Origin: Eledone cirrhosa
Taxonomy: Eukaryota
Length of the DNA stretch: 64,000 nucleotides
Assembly: GCA_964016885.1 (NCBI GenBank)
Contig: OZ024745.1
Location: 48,918,001 to 48,982,000, forward strand
Reading direction: 5' to 3'
Positions 40,701 through 52,606 of this stretch are shown one piece after another. The notes under the pieces were generated by a model that was given only the letters and a program-made list of their open reading frames with translations, did no database searches and had not been told where the DNA came from. Position 1 is the stretch's first letter; the number at the start of each line of letters is the position of its first letter. The position numbers and the translations under genes are program-made.

Positions 40701-43700
40701 GTCATACCAAATGACTGGCGTAGCAGCATCATCATTAACTGCTACAAGGGTAAAGGAGTTGCCCTAGATAGGGGAAACTATAGAGGCATTAAATTAATTG
40801 ACCAGGTCATGAAGGTCACAGAAAAAGTTATAGCGCAACTAAGCAGAGAGCGAATTGATCTAGATGAAATACAGTTTGGGTTTGTGTCAGGTACAAGTAC
40901 CACAGACGCTCTTTTCCTTGTACGACAACTACAGGAGAAGTACTATTTATTATTGCCCTTCAGGCTATAACAGAGGAGTTCAAGACCGGCTGCCCATGGG
41001 AACTTCTATACGCAGATGATCTAACGCTCATAGCTGAATCAATGGCTGAACTAGAGAAGAAATTCCAAACATGGAAGCATGGCCTAGAATCAAAAGGCCT
41101 TAAAATTAACCTGTCTAAGACTAAAGTTCTAGTATGTAGAAAGGAAAATAGGGCACTGGTCTCCTCTGGGAAAGGGCCATGCTCAGTTTGTAGGAAAGGA
41201 GTAGGCAGAAATTCCATTTTATGTCCCAAATGCAAAGTATGGGTGCATAAAAGATGTAGTGGGATCACAGGTAAACTAACTAAGAACATAGATTTTATAT
41301 GTGGCCGGTACTCAGGTGCAATAAGTAGCAGCAAGTGCCCACAGGATACTAGCTCATTCCATTGCCCAGATGGGGCTATAGAAATAGTGGACACCTTCTG
41401 TTACCTGGGTGACAAAATCAGCAGTGGGGGAGGGTGCTCTGAAAGTACAGTAGCTAGAGTCAGAACGGGATGGAAAAAGTTCAAAGAGCTTATACCACTA
41501 TTGGCCACTAAAGGTTTCTCTCTAAAAATGAAAGGCAGACTGTATGATGCCTGCATACAAACAGCAATGTTACATGGCAGTGAGACATGAGCATTGTGTG
41601 TAGAGGATCTGCGCAAACTGGAGAGGAACGAAGCTTGCATGCTCCGTTGTGTAATAGTAATATACGTGAACGGCAAAGCATAAATGAACTAAGTGAGAAA
41701 TTAGGAATAAAAGGGATCAGATGCTGTTTACTCGAGAGAAGACTATGTTGGTATGGTCACGTGATGCGTATGAAAGACGACAGCTGTATAAAAAAGTGCA
41801 GGGCGATCGAAATAGATGGAAACTACGGAGTAGGCAGACCCAGAAAAACCTGGGATGATTTGATAAATTCCGACCTTACACACTTACACCTCTCCAAGAC
41901 AATGTCACTGGACCGAGATCTTTGGCGCTACGCAGTAATACAGAAGACCTGCCTTGCCTAAGTACAAAGCGAAACCTACAGTCAGTAGGCACCTCCTAAC
42001 TAAAAATACACCCCCATCCCACTACCCTTACCCCACCCCCATCTACTCCACCCCTTTCTCTGTAAAGTTATGTTTTTGCTACAACACCCAGTCCTAAATA
42101 AATGAGGTCGTGTAGGTGTCAAGACAAAAAAAAACACAGTCCACGCTGTAAAGTGGCCGTGTAGGTAACACGGTAAAACCCTCCCAGTCCACACTGTAAA
42201 TGTGGTTGATGTTAGGAAGGGCATCCAGCTGTAGAAAACCTGCCAGACAGTCCTATATGAGCAAGACAACCAATCTTGCCTCACGTGGGACAATTCCCGT
42301 CTAAACCCATGCTAGCGTGGAAGATAGACGTTAAACGATGATGATGAACTCTGCTAGGATGAAAGGCAAAGTGGATCTCAGTATTATTGAACTTGGAATA
42401 CAGAGATCTGAAAAAAATATTCAATTCTCTGATGACTCTGCTAAATTAATTGCCTGCTGTATCATGTATAATGTGACAAATTTGTTGAGTTGTTAGAGTG
42501 TCAGATTAATACTTCATGATATTTATTCAAATCCCTTTTTTATTCTTTTGGGGTCCATAAATAAAGTATCAGCACAGTGGTGGATTGGTGGAACTATATA
42601 AGCATCAAATATGATGCATAATCTCTGTTGGCTCCTTACATTTTGAATTTGTCTGCAACATCACTAATGCAAGCTGTATTGGTTGTTGCCTTTTCTTAGT
42701 ACAACATCAGTGGTATGGCCAATTGCTGGTCATTCACAAAAAACCTTGCCCAGGTTTCCACCTTGGAGAGGAAATTTCCAGGTACAGATCCATGGTCTTA
42801 CAAGACATGGGTTCCCTGGATAATATTTGAAATTTGTATAAAGCTACCATATTGCAGAAATGTTTTCTTTTTCAATGTAGAAGTCATATTAAGAAATATA
42901 GGGGGATAATGTGTTTATGCTCCAGTCCATCTCCAAGCTGTCCTATTTTATAGATGCAAATATACAATTATTCTGAAATTTTGAAGTGCTTCGCACTCCA
43001 AGTCCCAATTATTTCTGATAATGTATTATCAACCAGTATCAGGTTTTATTTTTTAAGCAATGCATGTTTATTTACTACTTCTTTGTTACAGAAGTTTAAT
43101 TTGAAATTCTAGTGTTAGTTAACTCTTTGAATGCCAGTGATGTTTTTTTATTTTATTTTACTGTCCTAAGCTGGAATTACATATTAGTTTTTGACTATTC
43201 AAAAAATTGTTAAAAATTAAATAAGAGATATTTTGATCAAATTAATTCTATTCACCTTGTCTGGACCTGAGCTTCACAAACTAAATTAAAAGACATACCA
43301 GTACATTTTTGATGCTCAAAACATTAAGAAAGAAGAGTTAAAACATTACAAAGTATGCAGCCCATAAAGTTTGCTTCAGCACTTAGAGTAAGATTAGGTT
43401 AGATTGTTCAGAAATATATTAGTATCATGAATTATTTGAAATGGCTTAATTGATAGCTTTTTAACATATTCTTTCACAGAGCTGTAGCCTTGGGTCTTAC
43501 TGCTGATGATATGGTATCCATTCAGAATTATACTGAAGGCTTAAAAATAAGGAATTTGCCTGAGGCTACTGCAGAGGTTTCCCCCAAAATATCAGAAGTA
43601 GAAGATTTAAAAATGAAGGTAATAACCTTGCAAAATAAAATTGTCTGACTGTTAATTTGACTTTGCAGTCTTTATTTACTGTTCAGATTTGAATTTTTTT

Positions 43701-46700
43701 TTTGTAAAAAAAATCATTAAAAAAGAAAAAAATGCTCCTTATTCTAATCAAACTAGTAATATTACAATCATACTACTACAAAAAAAAAATACTATTTTTG
43801 CAATATTCTGAATATTACTAGCAAGTCATATGTTTAACTGCTAAAAATAAAAAAAAAAGACTTGCTGTTGTTTTCATTCACAGTTGTTTAAATCTCTATT
43901 ACTTTAATTAAAGAGTAAAGTACTATTTACTTTGTTAAAGACTAAAATACTACTTACTTTGCTGCAGAGTCAATTGACAGTTAACTCTAAATGTTCTTTA
44001 TATAAATGTAACAAGCCTTATGTGTTGTCGACATTAATCTATATTTCATGTTGAGTTTTTCTTTTTTTGTTCATGCTTCCAAATTACTTCCACATTGATA
44101 TTTTAAGCAGTATCACATCAATAAGGAAATATTTATTATTGGATATGAAAGGCAAAGTTGGCCTTGGCAGGATTTGTGAGTTTAAATCTCACCAACATCA
44201 ACTTTGCCCTTCGTCCTTCCAAGCTCAAGAAAATTAAGTATCAATCAAATATTGGGGATCAAAATATTTGACTCTTCCTTTCCTTAGAGTTGCCAAAATA
44301 AATACCATTTAAATAATGGATTCTAATTTAGGTGCAAGGCCAGTTCTTTGGGGACAGGATAAAGTCAGTTATATTTACCCCAGTATTTGACTGGTACTTT
44401 ATTTTTATCAACTCCAGAAGGATAAAAGGCAAAGTTGATATGACGGGATTTGACCCCAGAATGTATAGGGCCATAAATAAATTCCACAAAGCATTTTATC
44501 CAACAGACTAACAATTCTGCTAATCATTGTACCATTCAAATAATGTAGTTGGCTTTACTGATTATCATTCTCCTTCCAATAAAATTATTTTCTGGCTTTG
44601 TGCCTATGTAAGAAAATATTAAAGGTAGGATTAGTCTTTTCAAACACAATTGGTTTTTTCTTCACCCTTAATAAATTTCATTGGGAGTTGTTTTGTGTAG
44701 GTGTAAACTGAAACACTCGAGAAACAAAGCTGTTATACTATCAAGTAATCCAAGTAGTTTAATATGTCAAGCAGCAATTATTTAAAAAGAATGCCTTTAG
44801 TATTTATTGAAGATGCCCTAATGACACTAATAATACAAATCAATATTGACATCCATTTAGGGTTAATAAAAAAAAAATACCAGTGAAGTACTGGAACTGA
44901 TATAATCTTCTCTTCACTCAATTTTACGGCCATGTTTCTATGCTATAAATCAATATTTAATTTGATAGATCCTCCATCAGTTTCAACAAGAGCCTTTACT
45001 TGTTCAATCACTTGTTTTCCCTACTCATTAAATTAATGTGTATGTGACTGAGTATTTCCCAGACTTGAGTACGCTTAATATAATTCTCAGGCTGAATCAG
45101 TATGACACATTATATGACAAGGCTGGACCTTTGAATTACAGGAATAATCCATCCAATGGGCTTCCACACAGTTTCCTTCTACCTAATTTTCCTCACTAAG
45201 TTTGGGTCAACCTGATATGGTAAAAGACACTTTCCCAAGTCACCATGTAGTGGGGTTGAACTTGGGACCTCATGATTGCTAATTCATTAATTATGTAGCT
45301 ATATCTGTATTCACATATTTAGTTTAAAATCAAAACTTCATTTTTATTGTTGATCAGGGGCGATATTAGTGTTTAAAAACATGTATTAAAAATAAACTAT
45401 AAAGGAATGATACTTGGTGAAGAGTTGAGAATGAAAATTTTTATTAACAATATTATCAGATATCAATTTTATATTGATTTTTAAAGCTTTCACCTAATTT
45501 GGAAACAGATACACATAGAAATATTTTGTTTGGTAATATTAAAACTGTTAAACAGAAATATCTATGCTTCACTTGGGCACAACACAATAAGAATGTTTCA
45601 GAACATTTTCCTTGCTAAAGCATGTAGACCTTAATAGGCTTCATACTCATGATGGGGTCCTTTTTGAGGTGTTGTTTTACAGTTGGATGCCCTTCCTGGT
45701 ACAAACCCTTTAGAGTGTTGAGCTGAAAAATATTACCTCAAAAAGGATCCCATCATGAGTGAGTTGGGTAACACATAAAAAGAAGTGATGGCAATATCAT
45801 ATATATGTATGAAAAGTTACTCTTAATGGGGTAAAATTGACAGCAGAAATTCATTGAGCCACACTTTCACAGAATTGACTATTATATTATAAGAAAAATA
45901 GTTTCATTCATTTAAATCTAAGAATTGTAAACACTTTTAAAGAGATGGGAATATATGTATGTGTACACATCAGTATGGATGTTTGAATATAGATTGATGG
46001 AAGGGTATTAAGAAAATCATTTCTTATGGGTATGAGAGGATCCATGGTCTGTGGTAAATTTGATAATCGAGATGATCAATGAGTGGCTCAATGAATTGAA
46101 ATGGTAGATAACAAGTTTGCTGTGATTTTAATTGTTGTGAATATTAATCCTTTTAATACCAACCAACACTAGACTGCCTGTACTAAAGTGGTCATATTTA
46201 AATAAATATCTGGATCAAAATCTCCTAACACGAATGATGACATCATATTTCAGTTGGTCAACACCAACATAATATATAATAATATATAAAGTTACAGATA
46301 TTTTACTGCCTTCAAAATCTTGATTAGATTGAAAATTAGTTAAAACACATAGGCAGCCTGCTCATTAGAAATATGGTTATGAAAGGGTTAATGAAATGCT
46401 TGAGAGAGGGTTTCCCACCAAAATACAAAACCAAACAGCATCCCGTTTTGCCTGTATGCATGCAATAAAGTAGATGAGGTTGGTCTGGAGATATGGCTAA
46501 ATGTTTGTATGACATGGTACTGGAATATAAATTTACAGGTGTGATACCTGCAATGAGAACATTTGAAGGTTCCTGACTGGGGCTGCTTGATTGCAGAGAT
46601 TTTGTATTCCTTTGGAAGGACAAAAGAGATGGTGTGGGAAATATCAAGGCAGTTATATATTCTAATATTCTTCTATTTTATTGTTTTAGTTGTTTAGGGT

Positions 46701-49700
46701 AGTGTCGAACACCATGCTTTGTGGCATAGAGTTACAACCTTTTATGTTCTGATTCTAAATCCTGCTGAGGTTAGCTTTGCCTTTCATTCTTAAGGGGGTT
46801 GATAAAATAAAATACCAGTAACGCACTGGGTTCAATTTAATTGACTTTCCCCTCTCCCAAAATTGTTGGTCTTGTGCTTAATATATATATGCTTACAGTA
46901 AATATATTGATTAATTGAGGTTGCGTATGCAGCACATCTATCAGTGAATAATGATGCAATTTGATTTAAGCACTCAACTTTATGTATTTTCTTCTAAATG
47001 TGATTTGTCAGTCAGTGATGGAGTATATGTAGAATAAGGAAAATGCAAAGTTTGGTATAGATGTTTAAAAATCCTTTATTAACAAAGCTGTGATACATAT
47101 TCAATGGCGATTGTGGTTATGTGATTGTTCAATCATACAACCAGTCACGTGATATCATCAGACAGCATATTATGTAATAAAGTTACGTTTCTGAGGCAAT
47201 CCAATTTAAAGACAAGGGAATGGACAGAAATCATGTTTTCATAACTGAAGTCCATTCCCTTGTGAACTTTAATCCTGCTCCACAGTTTTGTGCAGACATG
47301 GAGATGAAGGACTGACTAACCATCCATCTGCCATCCCTTCCCTGCATCAGTCAGGTCCACAGAGACATGCCTGACTCACATACCAAGCCTCACCCTCCAC
47401 AGCTGGTGAGATACTATAGTCACAGAGTTCAATTTAGTCTAAGATGTTTTTGTTTACTGTTAGGCTCTTGTCCAGCAGATGTCAGCACCAATATATCAAA
47501 AATCCTGAACACATGTCAACACGTTGACTGCAAAATCTTATATCAACGACAAGTGAATTATTATTCACCCCTCCCCCCCAACATAAGTGGATAGACAAAA
47601 TAATGCTTGTGTCTAGAAATTAGAATTCTACATTGCAAATTAGAAAAATTAAAGTTTCAGAATTCACATTTAAAAATAAATAAATAGGAAAATAAAATAA
47701 ATAAGAAGATGTATAAATTATTATTAGAAATTAGAGTTCAACATTGAACATTAAATATTTTGAACTAACGATTAACAATTGAAAGTTATGAGTTAAAAAA
47801 TCATCAATATTTTATGTCCACTTTTAAGTAATGTTCTATAAAATGAAGTCCACGAGAGATAGGTAAAAATTGGATATTCCTGTGCCAGGAACAGGAAGTC
47901 ATTCCTCCTGCATAAACAACAGAGTCCCAAAGTATATGGATGTTCTTGTAAAAATTCTGAGTAATGCCTGCTGGATGAACAATGAAACACTCCAGCAATA
48001 ATATATGAAGCTGAGGTCTCTCTATTGAATCAACACCACTAAAAGGAATCCTGGAAATATATCGGTATGTCAGAGAGCTGGTTTAAAAATTGCTTCCTTA
48101 ATCACAAAATGACCTTCAGATACCCAACTAAAATAAACTCTTAAATTTGGTAAATAGAATATGGCAATTCAAAGACAAGAATATAGACTTCTCCATCAAA
48201 TGGAAGATACTAGAAAAATCTCAACCATATATAAATGGGCTCAAGGCTTGCAGATTATGGGTTGATGAGAAATGGTAGATATTGAATAATTCCCACAAAC
48301 CACTTAACACATACAGAGTTCTCCTTACGATGTTCTCACCTCTTTAATATTGATTTACATCTTTCTTAGTCTATCAATTTTTTCTATGTTTATGTCTACT
48401 ACATTTATAGAAACTATAGGTATGCCATATGGTGATACCAAGTTTGAAATCCTAGGGGGTGTCCTTCAAGGTGATACATTTGCACGATAGTACAAGTCAA
48501 CAGGTTATAATTCACTTCGTTTAATCATATTTGCTGTTTTATACATTTTGGTGATAATCGTTATGCAACAGTTATGACCTCATCAGACAGCTAGAAATTG
48601 AACAGAAAAAACAAAAACAAAGAAGAAATAAAGCTTATTTTTGTTGTTTCCATTCATTGATATGCTCCAGGTTGATATTTGGTGTTCTTACCAGTGTTTT
48701 GAGAGAGCAACACCAAATATCAGCCTGGAGCATATCAATGAACCGATGTTCTGTAACTTGAAATAAATATTTGTAAACACCTCAAATATATGAATCATAT
48801 ATTAATGATGTCTAAGATTTCTCTCACTCTGGAATTTGATGTGAGATTTAGTGCCTTTCACTTTCATATTGATTATTTTTATTTGAGAATAAAGTAATAT
48901 AGCTTCTCAAATTCTTGTCTTAACTCAAGAAATGGCTTAAAGTAGGCACATACCTTTGCAACATGAAGCTGTAGATATGACAATGCTTCACAGTTACACA
49001 TTGGTGTTTTATTGTAACTTATACTTGTTCAGAGCCTTAACATGAGTAGACCTTGATGTGAAATGAGAAAGGAAGTGAAGTGATGAAGCTTTTCATGCTT
49101 TTCAATCAGAGTACTTTGGAAACGTTTCAGAACAGTCAGAGCCTTCCACCTCACATTTGGCCTCATTAACTGATTCGCTCTGTCTAAAGCAATGCTGATG
49201 TTTTCAAATTCGTTTCCATCAATTTCAACTTCTTGAATTTTGATTTCAATTTCGCTACCCATTTTCAAATGAGAAATGAAAATAACTTTTACTGAGCTGT
49301 TATAAAATAACTTACTCTGAGCTTTTATAAAATATCTTACACTGAGCTGTTATAAAATATCTTACTCTGAGCTGTTATAAAATAACTTACTCTGAACTGT
49401 TATAAAATAACTTACTCTGAACTGTTATAAAATATCTTACTCTGAACTGTTATAAAATAACTTACTCTGAGCTGTTATAAAATAACTTAATCTGAGCTGT
49501 TATAAAATATCTTACTCTGAGCTGTTATAATATAACTTACACTGAGCTGTTATAAAATAACCTACCCTGAGCTGTTATAATATAACTTACACTGAGCTGT
49601 TATAAAATATCTTACTCTGAGCTGTTATAATATAACTTACACTGAGCTGTTATAAAATATCTTACACTGAGCAGTTATAAAATATCTTACTCTGAACTGT

Positions 49701-52575
49701 TATAATACAACTTACACTGAGCTGTTATAAAATATCTTACACTGAGCTGTTATAAAATATCTTACACTGAGCTGTTATAAAATATCTTACTCTGAGCTGT
49801 TATACTATAACTTACACTGAGCTGTTATAAAATATCTTACTCTGAGCTGTTATAATATAACTTACACTGAGCTGTTATAAAATATCTTACTCTGAGCTGT
49901 TATAATATAACTTACACTGAGCTGTTATAAAATATCTTACACTGAGCAGTTATAAAATATCTTACTCTGAACTGTTATAATATAACTTACTCTGAGCTGT
50001 TATAATATAACTTATACTGAGCTGTTATAAAATATCTTACACTGAGCAGTTATAAAATATCTTACACTGAACTGTTATAATATAACTTACTCTGAGCTGT
50101 TATAATATAACTTACACTGAACTGTTATAAAATATCTTACACTGAACTGTTATAAAATAACTTACTCTGAACTGTTATAATATAACTTACACTGAGCTGT
50201 TATAAAATAACTTACTCTGAACTGTTATAATATAACTTACTCTGAGCTGTTATAATATAACTTACTCTGAACTGTTATAAAATATCTTACTCTGAGCTGT
50301 TATAATATAACTTACACTGAGCTGTTATAAAATAACCTACCCTGAGCTGTTATAATATAACTTACACTGAGCTGTTATAAAATAACCTACCCTGAGCTGT
50401 TATAATATAACTTACTCTGAGCTGTTATAATATAACTTACACTGAGCTGTTATAAAATATCTTACACTGAGCAGTTATAAAATATCTTACACTGAACTGT
50501 TATAATATAACTTACTCTGAGCTGTTATAATATAACTTACACTGAGCTGTTATAAAATATCTTACACTGAACTGTTATAAAATAACTTACTCTGAACTGT
50601 TATAATATAACTTACACTGAGCTGTTATAAAATAACTTACTCTGAGCTGTTATAATATAAATTACACTGAGCTGTTATAATATAACTTACACTGAGCTGT
50701 TATAAAATAACTTACACTGAGCTGTTATAAAATATCTTACACTGAACTGTTATAAAATAACTTACTCTGAACTGTTATAATATAACTTAATCTGAACTGT
50801 TATAAAATAACTTACACTGAGCTGTTATAAAATATCTTACTCTGAGCTGTTATAATATAACTTACACTGAGCTGTTATAAAATATCTTACACTGAACTGT
50901 TATAAAATAACTTACTCTGAACTGTTATAATATAACTTACACTGAGCTGTTATAAAATAACTTACTCTGAACTGTTATAATATAACTTACTCTGAGCTGT
51001 TATAATATAACTTACTCTGAACTGTTATAAAATATCTTACTCTGAGCTGTTATAATATAACTTACACTGAGCTGTTATAAAATAACCTACCCTGAGCTGT
51101 TATAATATAACTTACACTGAGCTGTTATAAAATATCTTACACTGAGCAGTTATAAAATATCTTACTCTGAACTGTTATAATACAACTTACTCTGAACTGT
51201 GATAATATAACTTACTCTGAGCTGTTATAATATAACTTACACTGAGCTGTTATAATATAACTTACAGAGCTGTTATAAAATAACTTACACTGAGCTGTTA
51301 TAATATAACTTATTCTGAGCTGTTATAAAATAACTTAATCTGAACTGTTATAAAATAACTTACACTGAGCTGTTATAAAATATCTTACTCTGAGCTGTTA
51401 TAATATAACTTACTCTGAACTGTTATAAAATAACTTACTCTGAGCTGTTATAATATAACTTACTCTGAGCTGTTATAAAATAACTTACTCTGAACTGTTA
51501 TAAAATAACTTACTCTGAACTGTTATAATATAACTTACACTGAGCTGTTATAAAATAACTTACTCTGAACTGTTATAATATAACTTACTCTGAGCTGTTA
51601 TAATATAACTTACTCTGAACTGTTATAAAATATCTTACTCTGAACTGTTATAAAATAACCTACCCTGAACTGTTATAAAATAACTGAGCTATAAAGAAAT
51701 TATTTTCTATAAAGCTGTAAAGAAGTGTTGCTTTCTCAGAATTGCTATGAAATGATATTCTCAAACTGTTAGCTTGTAGATTTTTAGTCACATGACCATT
51801 ATGATGTCATAAGTAAAAGAAACAATATTGGCTTATGTGTGTGTATATGTGTATGTATGTCATCATCATCATCATCATTTAACATCCGTGTTCCACGCTT
51901 GCATGGGTTTGGACGGGGGTTTTCCCACTTGAGGCAAGAGTGATTGTCTTGCTCGCATAGGACTGTCTGGCGGGTTTTCTACAGCTGGATGCCCTTCCTA
52001 ACACCAACCACATTTACAGTGTGGGGCTGGGAGGTTTTTACCGTGTTGCCTACACGGCCACATTACAGCGTGGACTGTGTGTTTTTTTGTCGTGACACCT
52101 ACACGATCTCGTTTGTTTCGGCCTGGATGTTGTGGCACCAACATAACTTTACATTGAAAGGGGCGGTGTGGATGGGGTGGGGGTGGTGGGACGGGGTGTA
52201 TTTTGTTAGAGATGCCTACTGACTGTAGTAGGTTTTACTTTGTATTTAGGTAAGGCGGGTCTTCTCTATTACTGGAGAGGTGTAAGTGTGTGAGATCGGA
52301 ATTTATCAGCTCGTCCCAGGTTTTTCTGGGTCTGCCTATTCCGTGGCTACCGTCTATCTTTATTGCCCTGCACTTTGTTATACAGCTGTCGTCTTTCATG
52401 CGCATCACGTGACCATACCAACGTAACCTTCTCTCGAGTAAACAACATCTGATCCCTCTTATTTCTAATTTTTTCCTTAGTTCGCTTATGCTTTGCCGTT
52501 CACGTATGTTACTATTACACATCCAGCGGAGCATGCAAGCTTCGTTCCTCTCTAGTCTGCGTATATCCTCTGCAC

Positions 52576-52606
<31 letters not shown>

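Noticed and set aside
49279-51693. CRISPR-like array or coding repeat
   Set aside because: There are no spacers, and the 25-nt period is not a multiple of 3 and hits stops.
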